A stretch of DNA of 64,000 nucleotides from Candidatus Babelota bacterium (GCA_965658655.1 CBFHTA010000002.1:1-64000); one strand, 5' to 3'; positions 37,601 through 47,364 are shown, numbered from the stretch's first letter. Notes: generated from the letters alone by a model not told the origin. Numbers and translations: made by a program.

Positions 37601-39774
37601 GGTGTGTTCATTGCATTTTGTAATAATTCTGCCAGTGTGGCTTCGTCAATTTTAACAATAAGTGCTCTGTTTGTTTCGTTTACTACCGGAGCGAGTGCTG
37701 TGTTTTGATTAAAAGGAATAAGTTCTTGTGCAGGATTATCAAAGGGTACAATATCGGCAGCAGGTCTTTGGTGTGGTATAACCGGTGCTTCGTCTCTCAT
37801 TGCTAACGCTTTTGGTTCGACTTCATTAAGTTTTAGTTCATCTTGGCGATCGGTAGTAAATTCTTTTATTCGTTCCCATGCAGAAGGGTTATTGTCTGTA
37901 ATTAACAATTCACTGGGTTGGTCTTTATACGGTACTAATGCTTTTGATTGATTAGTAGCGGGCAACAGTGCTCTTCTGTTGTCTTGTTGTGTATAAAATG
38001 TTTGTAACATTTTTTCAAGCTCTGGTGCTAATGCTTGTGCAGCTTCTTGTGGAGTTTTTTGTCCTCCAGGGTTGAATAGATCTGCTTCTAATGTTTTATC
38101 TAGAAGTTTTTTTAAATATTTTTTGTTAACAATAATTCTTTGTGTTGGTCCTGTTTCTTTATTCTTTTGTTTAATAGGAACAAGTCCTGTTTCTTTATCT
38201 GTGTATGGTACAATTGCACTTGAACGTTGGTTTGTTGTTTGTTCAAAATAGTCCGCTAATTTATCCGTTATTTCAGCAGTAGTGGTTTGTGCTCTGTTGT
38301 ATTGAGTAGGTGCGTTCATTGCATTTTGTAATAATTCTGCCAGTGTGGCTTCGTCAATTTTAACAATAAGTGCTCTGTTTGTTTTGTTTACTACCGGAGC
38401 GAGTGCTGTGTTTTGATTAAAAGGAATAAGTTCTTTTGCAGGACTACCAAGCTCTAATGTTTTTTGTAGGGGTGCTTTTGGATTTGCACGATATATATGC
38501 CATAACCCCTCTGGATGTTGGAAAGTTTCGGGTACAATGTGTGGTCGATTCAGTAAATCTGGATTGTTAAGTTTAATAGCTTTGGGTTGTTGTTGATAAG
38601 GAACAATCGCTTGTTGTGTAGCATGAGCAGGAGCAACAGCCATTGGTGCTGATTCCATTGGTGTTGATAGTGTAACTGCATTCGGAGTATCTAGTCTTTT
38701 TGCAATTGAGTTTGGTTGTGCAGCTGGTATTGCAATATCGTTAACTGGTGGTTGGTATGGCGTAACTTTGTCGTTTTGTTCTGCAAAGGGTGCAAGACTG
38801 GTTGGTAGATTTGGCGTTATAGCGAGTTCTCTAGGAACCTTTTCTACTGGTACAAGTGCAGCAGGTTGAGGTTGATGTGACATAACCGGTGCTTCTTGCC
38901 TAACTGCTAATGCTGTTGGCTCGGATTCATCTATAAAAGGGCGATGTGGTGTAGCAAGTGGTCGTTCAACTTCAGGAACAAAGTCATAGCCATCGTCATC
39001 TCCAAATATGCCAAAAGGAATTGTGTAGTCTGCTAAATGTTCGTTTGCATCTTTATTTTGAGCTTTTTTAGATTCTTCATTTTTTTTCTTATGATGTTTC
39101 ATAGAGGTTGATGTAATAATACCTGGATTTTTATTTTCATCATTTAAAATGTTAAGTAGTCCTTTTGAGGGTTCTGTTTCTTTTTTTAAATGATTTGCAA
39201 CGCCGCGCTCCAAGCTCTGGTTATATAACCCTGGTTGCTTGTGATCCTCAAAGAGGCGATTTAATCCTTTTGGTTTGTTTTCTTGAGGAGTTTTTTTAGC
39301 TTCCCCTCCTCCTACAACGCTTTTTTGTTCATATCCAAATAAGGTTTTAAAGAACTTGCCTAGGCTTGACTCACTCTCAGTTTGTAACGGATCTGTTCCT
39401 TCTTTATTGTCAGGATTATCATCATAATATTCTGCTGGAGCACCTAATGGATTCATAGAACTAAGTTCGCCGTTTGATTTAGAGTTGCCGTATTGAATTG
39501 TTTGAGGGTAATAAATTGGAGGTTTATAGGTGGATGCACTTTGTGGATAATTTTCGTTTTCTGAATAACCCTTTGCAGCTTTTGAGCTTGATAGAGGAGG
39601 TGTAGAAATTTTACGTACGAGAGCAGGCATATTTTTTGCCGAACGAACAGTAGGTGTACCTTGTGCTGAACGTGCAAAAACAGACATACCTCTTCCCGCA
39701 GCTGAAAATAAGCTTGTACTAGAAAATAGGGCAAGTAAAAGAACCATCCATTTTTTAACCATTTTAACCTCCAA
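34642..39774 (-). CDS. Very large repetitive secreted protein with internal duplications and NLS-like motifs
   Basis: Signal MVKKWMVLLLALFSSTSLFS; KKRKKRTKK twice; NTDNT tandem repeats. Confidence 0.8.
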   Translation of the reverse strand: MEVKMVKKWMVLLLALFSSTSLFSAAGRGMSVFARSAQGTPTVRSAKNMPALVRKISTPPLSSSKAAKGYSENENYPQSASTYKPPIYYPQTIQYGNSKSNGELSSMNPLGAPAEYYDDNPDNKEGTDPLQTESESSLGKFFKTLFGYEQKSVVGGGEAKKTPQENKPKGLNRLFEDHKQPGLYNQSLERGVANHLKKETEPSKGLLNILNDENKNPGIITSTSMKHHKKKNEESKKAQNKDANEHLADYTIPFGIFGDDDGYDFVPEVERPLATPHRPFIDESEPTALAVRQEAPVMSHQPQPAALVPVEKVPRELAITPNLPTSLAPFAEQNDKVTPYQPPVNDIAIPAAQPNSIAKRLDTPNAVTLSTPMESAPMAVAPAHATQQAIVPYQQQPKAIKLNNPDLLNRPHIVPETFQHPEGLWHIYRANPKAPLQKTLELGSPAKELIPFNQNTALAPVVNKTNRALIVKIDEATLAELLQNAMNAPTQYNRAQTTTAEITDKLADYFEQTTNQRSSAIVPYTDKETGLVPIKQKNKETGPTQRIIVNKKYLKKLLDKTLEADLFNPGGQKTPQEAAQALAPELEKMLQTFYTQQDNRRALLPATNQSKALVPYKDQPSELLITDNNPSAWERIKEFTTDRQDELKLNEVEPKALAMRDEAPVIPHQRPAADIVPFDNPAQELIPFNQNTALAPVVNETNRALIVKIDEATLAELLQNAMNTPTQYNRAQTTTAEIADKLADYFEQTTNQRSSAIVPYTDKETGLVPIKQKNKETGPTQRITVNRKDLKKLLDKILETNIFNPGGQKTPQEAAQALAPELEKMLQTFYTQQHNRRALLPATNQSKALVLHKDQPSKVLTTENNPSALERIKEFTTDRQDELVKLLGFAATGAASVHPKTRQAAKRIIQQLKNRRSILEQLPRKTLTDPIKPLNPLPVHPARQPAVRKSVGRDAKNNGTRLLEAEAAELKNIWFNNNNRTQKVRNLKEKIRLDKIPHIAPRRAVQPGQVAEISEIQQGNVKTLKNFFERLSGGIKQSNPRPTQVKKIPTNDTPHIFPKRRIQAGKGAKTSESQTGTSEPSKNFKKPIKKFTIKKFRNYWNNFKKRKKRTKKASEEIEQGNVTALTNLLERLSGGIKQSNPRPTQVKKIPTNDTPHIFPKRRIQAEKVAKTSESQTGTSEPSKNFKKPIKKFPMNKFRNYWNKVKKRKKRTKKASQPISEQNGRPSTGPRDIEQPSQGMWEQFRNFLSNPFSRGAERVVPDVAATRRAAQPTKFGRRFRDRKKVNPNVVPKRGGVGRPRVPLRGRVEEFKNGLNRPVNPDIATIGRPHVDTRRVAQPSKVGLRFGDRKKVKPNVVDKRGGVPCPRIPRIPLRRIEKPSRGRVGKLIQYFEELFGSKRRIAPYTPPRRVIKSPRVVPPVTPKERPLVTVTHNMSTNTDNTNTDNTNTDNTNTDNTNTDNTDTDNTDTVDILTDPMPRFPRPIHTDSSEETERGGDDENGSTVTPVDTGTEDEVASTPRSIKEEDIQKDTDSKNNNDQIKENADNNRQNHSIINNKQEQKPTMKNIAQTVPAAIPSSTFAPPIPPRNKSLGTRVGLPSSKTIGERFTGFTSPVGDIKSWLRKPKTPIVISSVTDRDEKRSTSSKFVPVDRPVNYQQQKRPLTRRNKISATDSDQSTSETITTQNTENWFTNLWETVKSIGHKVTNFIKAFIS
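35378..35478. repeat. 15-bp tandem repeat encoding (NTDNT)n
   Basis: (gtattagtattgtca)n, about 6-7 copies. Confidence 0.9.
36130..36730. repeat. 303-bp (101-codon) tandem duplication inside the 1710-aa ORF
   Basis: 36130 onward matches 36433 onward (e.g. agtgcctgtttgtgattcac at 36241 and 36544). Confidence 0.9.
37127..38435. repeat. About 600-bp direct duplication (period 708 bp) inside the 1710-aa ORF
   Basis: 37127-37727 near-identical to 37835-38435. Confidence 0.9.
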
Positions 39775-39990
39775 AAGCCTAAATTAAGTTTATTTTGAAC
39801 TTATTTAGAGTATACCATAGATAGATCCTCAGAAACAATGGATCGGAGATGTGATACGCCGTTAAAGTATAAAAGTAACTATTCTAAGCTTAAGGTAAAT
39901 CGGATTTGAATATTATAGGGGGAGAATGATGCTGTTAGGTTTCTATATGGATTTTAAAAATAGGTTTAGAGCAAGTAAGTTAATTGTATT

Positions 39991-41811
39991 TTAGTCTTTC
40001 TTTAAAATACTTAAGAAGGCTTCTTGCGGAACTTCAACATTACCAACTTGTTTCATCCGCTTTTTGCCTTCTTTTTGTTTCTCAAGAAGTTTTCGTTTAC
40101 GACTAATATCACCACCATAACATTTTGCAGTCACGTTTTTACGCAAGGGCGCAACACGTTCACGAGCAATAATAGTAGCACCTTGTGCTGCTTGAATAAT
40201 AACTTCAAACAATTGTCTTGGAATTGCTTTCTTTAATTTAGCGGTAAGAACTCTTCCAATAGCATAGGCACTTTCTTTGTGTACAATAACTGCTAATGCA
40301 TCAACTGGACGAGTGTTTAGGAGAATGTCCATTTTGACTAAGTCTGCAGGTTCGTAGCCCGCTTCTTCATAATCAAAACTCGCATAACCAGAAGAAAGAG
40401 ATTTTATTTGATCGTAAAAATCTGTTGCAACTTCGTTGAGTGGAAGCTTGTATTTAACGATCATACGCGATTCATCAAGAGGTTCCATATTCTTTTGCTC
40501 ACCACGCTTTTTTTGACACAAGGTAAGAATGTTGCCCAAAAATTCTTTGGGAACAATAATGGTTGCGTCGATCATTGGCTCATAAATTGTTTGTATGTAG
40601 CTTCTATCAGGGAAGTCTGATGGGTTTTCTATTTCTAATTTTTTACCGTTGGTAAGCTCAAGTTCGTAGCGTACACTGGGTGCTGTAGCAATAACATTTT
40701 GGTTGTACTCTTGTTCAAGTCGTTGCTTGAATACATCCATATGCAAAAGTCCCAAAAATCCGCACCTAAAGCCAAGCCCAAGTGCAGGTGATGATTTTTT
40801 TTCTACTGTTACGCTTGCATCATTAAGTGTTAATTTTTCAATCGCATCGCGCAAGAATTCAAAGTCAGTATTTTCTATAGGGAAAATTCCGGCAAATACC
40901 ATGGGTTTTGCTTCTCTAAATCCTGGGTATGCTTCTACTGTTTGCTTGCTTAAATGAATAGTATCACCAACTTGTGCTTCTTTAACGGTTTTCATACCGG
41001 TAATAACATAGCCTACTTGGCCAGCATACAAAGCATCGGTTGGAGTTGGGCCTGGATACATAACGCCAACTTCAAGCACCTCGTAGCGCGCATTGGTTTG
41101 TGCTAAGGTGATGTTGTCACCTTTTTTTAAGGTGCCACTTTCTAACGTTACCAAACAAATAACACCACGGTACTCATCGAACCATGAATCAAAAAGAAGT
41201 GCTTTGAGGGGACTATCATTTTTTGTTTTTGGAGCGGGAATGCGCTCGATGATTGCACCGAGAATGTCGTCTATACCGAGACCTGTTTTTGCAGAAGCTA
41301 ATAAGATTTCGTCTTTTTTATAATCGAATAAAGAATCAAGCTCTCTACTTACACGGTCAGTATCTGCATTTGTCATATCAACTTTATTGATTACTGGAAC
41401 AATGGTTAAGTCTTGTTCAAATGCTAAATAAAAATTTGCCATTGTTTGTGCTTGCACTCCTTGGCATGCATCAACCAATAAGAGTGCTCCTTGGCATGCA
41501 TATAAAGAACGAGAAACTTCGTAGCTAAAATCAACATGACCTGGAGTGTCGATTAAATTAAGTAAGTATTCTTCACCTTTGTAGGTATAAACCATAGATA
41601 CTGTTTGTGCTTTTACAGTAATTCCTCGTTCTTTTTCTACTTGTAGTTTGTCTAAAAACTGTTCGTTCTTATGACGAGTAGAAAGTGTTCCTGTGACTTC
41701 TAGAAGTCTATCAGAGAGGGTTGATTTTCCATGATCAATATGAGCAATCACAGAAAAGTTGCGAATTTTGTCGGGAGTAAAAGTCTTTAATTTATCTTTA
41801 GTTAATTTCAT
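39991..41811 (-). CDS. lepA: Translation elongation factor 4
   Basis: IRNFSVIAHIDHGKSTL, DTPGHVDF, CGFLGLLHM, KCYGGDISRKRKLL. Confidence 0.98.
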   Translation of the reverse strand: MKLTKDKLKTFTPDKIRNFSVIAHIDHGKSTLSDRLLEVTGTLSTRHKNEQFLDKLQVEKERGITVKAQTVSMVYTYKGEEYLLNLIDTPGHVDFSYEVSRSLYACQGALLLVDACQGVQAQTMANFYLAFEQDLTIVPVINKVDMTNADTDRVSRELDSLFDYKKDEILLASAKTGLGIDDILGAIIERIPAPKTKNDSPLKALLFDSWFDEYRGVICLVTLESGTLKKGDNITLAQTNARYEVLEVGVMYPGPTPTDALYAGQVGYVITGMKTVKEAQVGDTIHLSKQTVEAYPGFREAKPMVFAGIFPIENTDFEFLRDAIEKLTLNDASVTVEKKSSPALGLGFRCGFLGLLHMDVFKQRLEQEYNQNVIATAPSVRYELELTNGKKLEIENPSDFPDRSYIQTIYEPMIDATIIVPKEFLGNILTLCQKKRGEQKNMEPLDESRMIVKYKLPLNEVATDFYDQIKSLSSGYASFDYEEAGYEPADLVKMDILLNTRPVDALAVIVHKESAYAIGRVLTAKLKKAIPRQLFEVIIQAAQGATIIARERVAPLRKNVTAKCYGGDISRKRKLLEKQKEGKKRMKQVGNVEVPQEAFLSILKKD

Positions 41812-41907
41812 GGCCTACCAGGTAAAAAGTGAAAAACTTACTTCTAGAGTAGAAAAAGCACGTGAGATTGTCGAGTATTTGGTTTTATGAATCTGTCTTT
41901 TTAAAAC

Positions 41908-42020
41908 GAGTCATTCTGAGTGATTCCATAGGAATTGTATCAAAGGATAATAGAGAGCCATTTTTTTTACCATCCTTTGATACAGTTTTTGCTGTACTTG
42001 AGTCATTCAAAATGACTTAA
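41908..42020. repeat. Palindromic REP/MITE-like element
   Basis: gagtcattctgag...tgtatcaaaggat / atcctttgataca...gagtcatt..aatgactt nested inverted repeats. Confidence 0.55.
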
Positions 42021-42439
42021 GTAGAAGGCTTTTTTAATGTTAAATATATGCAATAGAGTTTCAGAGATCGTAGTTTTTGTTTTTGGTTTTTCAACAAGGC
42101 GCATTTATTCGGCTTACTGTATAAAGAAGGGTTGACCTTGTCAGCCATTATTCGACAGAGTTTAATATGGAGATAATTGCTGAATTAAAACTGCGGTTTC
42201 TTTTTATGGCCCGACTGGCATCAGAGAATAGAGCAGCAATTAAAGGAGTAGTTCAAGGGTGCCGGGTAGTGTCTTATGTGAACCCTCTTCCTTCATAGTA
42301 CATTGGTGAATTTCTTTCTCTGAGCTTATTTTGGGACAGAATAATCGTGCATCCTTGTCTTATCTGCTTATTCGAGGTAATATACTCTATATTCGTCGAC
42401 TAATCGTAAGATCTGATCATTACTAAAAGGGTACAGGGT

Positions 42440-45205
42440 ATGTCAGCCGAAAAGGCCCAAGAAAAATTACCAAAGGGTATCAAACCAGTCCTCATTGAAG
42501 ATGAGCTTAAGAGTTCGTTTTTAGATTACGCCATGTCTGTGGTAGTAAGTCGTGCAATTCCAGATATTCGTGATGGCCTTAAGCCAGTACATAGGCGTGT
42601 TTTGTACGCTATGTATGAGCTTGGTTATCATTTTAATAAGCCCTACAGGAAATCTGTACGTGTAGTTGGTGATGTACTTGGTAAGTATCATCCACATGGT
42701 GATCAGGCAGTATATAATACTATGGTTGGTATGGTGCAAGACTTCGCGAAACGTTATCCATTGTTAGATGGTCAGGGTAACTGGGGTTCAGTTGATGGTG
42801 ACAACGCAGCTGCTATGCGTTATACCGAAGTGAGAATGAAAAAAATTACGCAAGAAATTCTTGCAGATATCGACAAAAATACTGTTCAGTTTGTACCAAA
42901 CTTTGATGAATCAACAACTGAACCAGTTATTTTACCAAGTCGATTGCCAAACCTATTAATCAATGGAACAGCCGGTATTGCGGTTGGTATGGCAACTAAT
43001 ATTCCACCGCATAATTTGGGTGAAGTAATAGATGCATGCTTGGCATTACTTAAAGATGAAAATCTTACATTCGAAGAACTTATTAAATTAGTTCCTGCAC
43101 CAGATTTTCCTACTGGCGGTATTATTTGTGGTCGCGGCGGTGTGCTTCAAGCGTACAAAACCGGTCGCGGTAAGGTTATGGTTCGTGGTGTAACAGCTAT
43201 TGAAGAAACCAAAAAAGGTGGCTCTGCAATTGTTATTACTGAGCTTCCTTACCAGGTAAATAAAGCAGAACTTATTATTAAGACTGCAGATTTAGTAAAA
43301 AATAAAATTATCGAAGGTATTTCTAATATTCGTGATGAGTCAGACAGACGTGGTATGCGTGTGGTTATAGACATTAAACGCGGTGAAATTCCTGATGTGG
43401 TTCTAAATCAACTGTATAAGTATACTTCGCTTCAAACATCGCTTTCTATTTTGATGCTTGGGTTGCTAGATAACAAACCAATGGTATTTACGCTCAAAGA
43501 ACTTATTAAGCAGTTCTTGTTGCATAGAGAAACGGTTGTGTATCGAAGAACTAAGTATGAACTTGATAAGGCAAAGTCTCGAGAGCATCTTTTAGAAGGT
43601 TTTATTATTGCGCTTGATAATATTGACGCAGTAGTTCAACATATTAAAAAATCTAAAGCAGCTGACGAAGCAATAGCAATTTTGGTTAAAGAATACAAGC
43701 TTTCAGAAGAGCAAAGTAAAGCGATTCTTGAAATGCGCTTGCAACGTTTGACTGGTTTGGAACAGCAAAAAATTCATAACGAAATTACAGAAATTAAAAA
43801 ACGCATTGAGTATTTAATGTCTGTATTGCAAGATCGAGAAGTTCTTAAAAAAGAAATTGAAGTTGAGCTTAATGAAGTTAAAGCTACGTACGACAACCCA
43901 AGACGTACTGTGATTGAAGATAGCTTTACCTCATTAACCGATGAAGATTTAATTCCTGATGAAGACGTGGTCGTAACTTTAACTCAAAAAGGTTATGTAA
44001 AACGTGTTGGCCTTGAAAACTACGGTGTGCAGCATCGTGGTGGTAAAGGTAAAATGGGTATGCAAAAGCTTGACGACAACGATGATGTTGTACGCGATAT
44101 GTTTGTTGCAAAATCTCATGACGAATTGCTCTTCTTTACGAGTCTTGGTCGTGTTTACAGTATGCGTGTATATGAAGTTGGTGAAGGTTCTCGTACTTCA
44201 AAAGGACGTGCAGTTATTAACTTGCTGCCGTTGGTAGAGGGTGAATCTGTAGTAAGATTACTTTGTATGCGAGACATGAAAGATAAAAATATTGTGATGG
44301 TTACCAAGAAAGGTATCATCAAAAAAACCGATGCGAAGTCGTTTGCAAAGATTCGTGTGTCAGGTATTCGTGCTCTTGGTCTTAGAGAAGATGACGCACT
44401 TTCATTCTGTGGTGTTTCTTCTGGGCAAGATGACATTGTTATTGCAACAGCATTTGGTCAGGGCATTAGATTCAATGAAAAAGAAGTACGTGCAATGGGT
44501 CGTCAGGCAGCAGGGGTTATTGGTATTCGCCTAAGAGAAGGTGACTCTGTTGTTGGGATGGAAATCATTGACGACGAAAATAAAAATATTTTGTTTGCAA
44601 CACAAAATGGTTACGGAAAGCGTACACGTGTAGGAGACTTCCGTGTGGCTCATCGTGGTGGTTTGGGTGTTCGAACAATCCCAACAGATCGTCGTAATGG
44701 TGAGGTTGTTGGGTTGGTTATTGTTAGTGAAACGTCTCATATTCTCCTCATCGATGATGCAGGGAAAATTATTCATCTGCTTCCAACCGAAGTTCGTACC
44801 ATGGGAAGACAGGCTAAAGGGGTTCGCCTTATTCGTCTTGATTCTGGGCGACGATTGATTTCGATTGCAGCATTTGATGAAGATGAAGACTCAGATTCTG
44901 AAGTAAGCTCAAGTGAAGGAGGGTCAGGTGGTGACAAACCTGAAACTAAAGCACAAGACGCAGCAGGGTCGCAAGAAGTAAAGGGTGCGATAAAGGCGTC
45001 TGAACAAGAAGAACCAGTTGCAGAAATTTCTGAAGAAGGTACAATTGTTATAGGTGCGAAGGAAGAAATAAGTAATGAACCTGAGAAAGCTGTAATGGCT
45101 GACCCTCAGGATGGAACAAAAATTTCAGCAGCGGCAACGTTGCTTGAAGATGAAATGAATGATACATCGTCGTTTGACAATAGTGATCAGACGATGATTT
45201 TTTAA
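42440..45205 (+). CDS. gyrA: DNA gyrase subunit A with long acidic C-terminal tail
   Basis: RDGLKPVHRR, KYHPHGD, AAAMRYTE, GyrA-box QHRGGKG. Confidence 0.98.
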   Translation: MSAEKAQEKLPKGIKPVLIEDELKSSFLDYAMSVVVSRAIPDIRDGLKPVHRRVLYAMYELGYHFNKPYRKSVRVVGDVLGKYHPHGDQAVYNTMVGMVQDFAKRYPLLDGQGNWGSVDGDNAAAMRYTEVRMKKITQEILADIDKNTVQFVPNFDESTTEPVILPSRLPNLLINGTAGIAVGMATNIPPHNLGEVIDACLALLKDENLTFEELIKLVPAPDFPTGGIICGRGGVLQAYKTGRGKVMVRGVTAIEETKKGGSAIVITELPYQVNKAELIIKTADLVKNKIIEGISNIRDESDRRGMRVVIDIKRGEIPDVVLNQLYKYTSLQTSLSILMLGLLDNKPMVFTLKELIKQFLLHRETVVYRRTKYELDKAKSREHLLEGFIIALDNIDAVVQHIKKSKAADEAIAILVKEYKLSEEQSKAILEMRLQRLTGLEQQKIHNEITEIKKRIEYLMSVLQDREVLKKEIEVELNEVKATYDNPRRTVIEDSFTSLTDEDLIPDEDVVVTLTQKGYVKRVGLENYGVQHRGGKGKMGMQKLDDNDDVVRDMFVAKSHDELLFFTSLGRVYSMRVYEVGEGSRTSKGRAVINLLPLVEGESVVRLLCMRDMKDKNIVMVTKKGIIKKTDAKSFAKIRVSGIRALGLREDDALSFCGVSSGQDDIVIATAFGQGIRFNEKEVRAMGRQAAGVIGIRLREGDSVVGMEIIDDENKNILFATQNGYGKRTRVGDFRVAHRGGLGVRTIPTDRRNGEVVGLVIVSETSHILLIDDAGKIIHLLPTEVRTMGRQAKGVRLIRLDSGRRLISIAAFDEDEDSDSEVSSSEGGSGGDKPETKAQDAAGSQEVKGAIKASEQEEPVAEISEEGTIVIGAKEEISNEPEKAVMADPQDGTKISAAATLLEDEMNDTSSFDNSDQTMIF

Positions 45206-45229
45206 TCTCTTTTGTAAGGATACGAACGT

Positions 45230-45532
45230 ATGAAATTGTACGTAGGAAACTTGAGCTTTAACTTGTCAGATAACGATCTTAAAGCAAAATTTGAAGAATT
45301 TGGTGCAGTTGAATCTGCTAACATTATTACAGATCGTGAAACTGGCCGCTCTAAGGGTTTTGGTTTCGTTGAAATGGTTGACGCTGCTAATGCACAAGAA
45401 GCTATTGCACAACTTAACGGTTCTGACTACGAAGGCCGTAAAGTAATCGTTAACGAAGCTCGTCCTCGTCCAGAACGTACTGGTGGTGGCAGCCGTGGTC
45501 CACGTGGTGGAAATGGCGGAGGTCGCTGGTAG
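45230..45532 (+). CDS. RRM RNA-binding protein with Gly-rich tail
   Basis: RNP2 LYVGNL, RNP1 KGFGFVEM. Confidence 0.95.
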   Translation: MKLYVGNLSFNLSDNDLKAKFEEFGAVESANIITDRETGRSKGFGFVEMVDAANAQEAIAQLNGSDYEGRKVIVNEARPRPERTGGGSRGPRGGNGGGRW

Positions 45533-45562
45533 TCTGTTTTCAGATTAACTTCGATTTTAAAG

Positions 45563-45591
45563 AAAAGGGTGTCTTCAAGGCACCCTTTTTT
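45563..45591 (+). terminator. Intrinsic terminator
   Basis: aaaagggtgtct-tca-aggcaccctttttt. Confidence 0.85.
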
Positions 45592-45605
45592 AATGGAATA
45601 CATAT

Positions 45606-45968
45606 ATGAAAAATTTTTTTTTAATTGTTTTTCTAATTGTTTGTTTTTCTCTCTATGGTAACGACCAATTACTTGATGCAGTTAATTCTGTTCGTTTAAA
45701 AATTGCTTTAGATAATTTAAACCGATTCTGTGAAAACATAGAAATGGGAATTAATATAGTGATTACAACTGCTGGCATACTTACCTATAGAGAATTAAGA
45801 CCAAAATTTTTTTGGGGTAAATACCCGGTATCGGCAGCTTTATTGCTGACATTCTTGTTAGGAGCAGGGTTGCATGGAGCGTTGCATCTTTATAAAGGCG
45901 CAGAAGCTAAAAAAATTACACAAAAAACTCTGAAATCTGATTTTTCTTTATGTACAAACAACAATTAG
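45606..45968 (+). CDS. Hypothetical protein, signal peptide plus two TM segments
   Basis: MKNFFLIVFLIVCFSLYG leader. Confidence 0.65.
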   Translation: MKNFFLIVFLIVCFSLYGNDQLLDAVNSVRLKIALDNLNRFCENIEMGINIVITTAGILTYRELRPKFFWGKYPVSAALLLTFLLGAGLHGALHLYKGAEAKKITQKTLKSDFSLCTNNN

Positions 45969-47050
45969 TTCTACATCTTTCTTTAATTGCATCAGTTGGC
46001 CCAGATAAAATAGGCAAGCTGGTAAAAGTTCTTAAAAAAGAAAAAAATCCTGCTAGCTGGTATGCTTATCGGCAACAAGATTTTATGCGTTTAGGGATGA
46101 CAGCACGGAATGCTCAAACCATTGTTGCGGGTCTTGCCAATGCGCAAATTCTTAAAGAAGAATTAGAACTTATCGAAAAATATGCGATTAACTGGACCAC
46201 GATTTTAGATGCTGATTACCCAGCACTTTTAAAAGAAATTCATACTCCGCCTGCAGTTTTGTATTGGCGAGGAGAACCGGTGTGGCAAACCACAGAAAAA
46301 ACAGTTGCATTTGTTGGCGCGCGTAAAGGTACGGCATATGGTCAGAGAGTCGTTAACGCTGTTATTCCAACTTTGGTTGCGGCAGGATACACTATTGTTT
46401 CTGGAGGTGCTTATGGTATCGATACTATGGCTCATCGAGCTACCCTTGAATGTGGTGGAAAAACAATTGTGGTGATTGGTGCAGGTCTTTTAATCCCGTA
46501 TTTGGCTGGTAATCAAAAGCTATTTGAGCAAGCGGCATCTGCAGGAAGTGTTGTAGTCAGTGCTTTTCCATTGATGCACGGTGCTGATAAATGGACATTT
46601 CCGGTACGTAATAGAATTATTGCTGGGTTGTCTCAAGGCTGTGTGGTGGTGCAAGCGGCTAAGAAAAGTGGTGCTTTGATCACCTCAAGTTATGCCTTAC
46701 AAGAAGGTAGACAGGTCTTTGCAGTACCCGGACCGTTTGATGATGAGCTAAGCGTAGGATGCCTAAATTTGATCAAGCAGGGCGCAAAAGTGGTGTGTAG
46801 TGCTCAAGACGTCTTAGAAGAATTTGGAGCTCAAGAAGAGATTTTTGAGCAAATAGAGATCTCTACGGTTGAAGCGCCTAAGCAAAAATTAGACAATTCT
46901 ATTTTAGTCCATTGCGCTCAACCAATAAGTTTATCTGAGCTTATTCAAAAAACAGGCTTAGAAGAAAATAAGCTTAAACAGGATCTTTTTGATCTTCAAT
47001 TAGATGGCAAAATAGAGCAAGATTTTGCCGGTCTATGGAAGCTGCTTTAA
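45950..47050 (+). CDS. dprA: DNA processing protein DprA
   Basis: YPALLKEI, IVSGGAYGID, FPVRNRIIAGLS, AAKKSGALIT, VFAVPG. Confidence 0.96.
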   Translation: MYKQQLVLHLSLIASVGPDKIGKLVKVLKKEKNPASWYAYRQQDFMRLGMTARNAQTIVAGLANAQILKEELELIEKYAINWTTILDADYPALLKEIHTPPAVLYWRGEPVWQTTEKTVAFVGARKGTAYGQRVVNAVIPTLVAAGYTIVSGGAYGIDTMAHRATLECGGKTIVVIGAGLLIPYLAGNQKLFEQAASAGSVVVSAFPLMHGADKWTFPVRNRIIAGLSQGCVVVQAAKKSGALITSSYALQEGRQVFAVPGPFDDELSVGCLNLIKQGAKVVCSAQDVLEEFGAQEEIFEQIEISTVEAPKQKLDNSILVHCAQPISLSELIQKTGLEENKLKQDLFDLQLDGKIEQDFAGLWKLL

Positions 47051-47133
47051 GTTTAAAACCTTGACCTGTTGAGGTTTTGGTTTGTGTTGCTACAATTATA
47101 AGTAGTATTTTAAGTGGATTTCTGGAGGTTGTT

Positions 47134-47332
47134 GTGAAAAAAAAACTAATATTTTTTATTTTTTCGACCTGAAGATGATTTGCGTGAGTTAAATAAATTA
47201 GCTGAGACACAAGAAAAGATTGCTAAAGAGAAAAGAGAGTTTTATGAAAATTTATCTCGCGAATCTCTTAAGCTTATGAGAGAGAGAGAAGGAATAACTG
47301 AGGAAGAGTGGAATAAAAAGTATGGCAAATAA
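47134..47332 (+). pseudogene. Deleted/frameshifted small gene, N-terminus paralogous to 48077-48469
   Basis: GGAGG + GTG KKKLIFFIFST* (cf. KQKLILYIFSS); another frame continues EDDLRELNK...KYGK*. Confidence 0.65.
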
Positions 47333-47364
47333 GTTAGTCTAAAAATTGATTTTGAAAGGTTATT

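Noticed and set aside
41812..42439. tmRNA, RNase P RNA or SRP RNA in the long intergenic region
   Set aside because: No tRNA-like ends, GAGGAAAGTCC or SRP domain IV motif found on either strand
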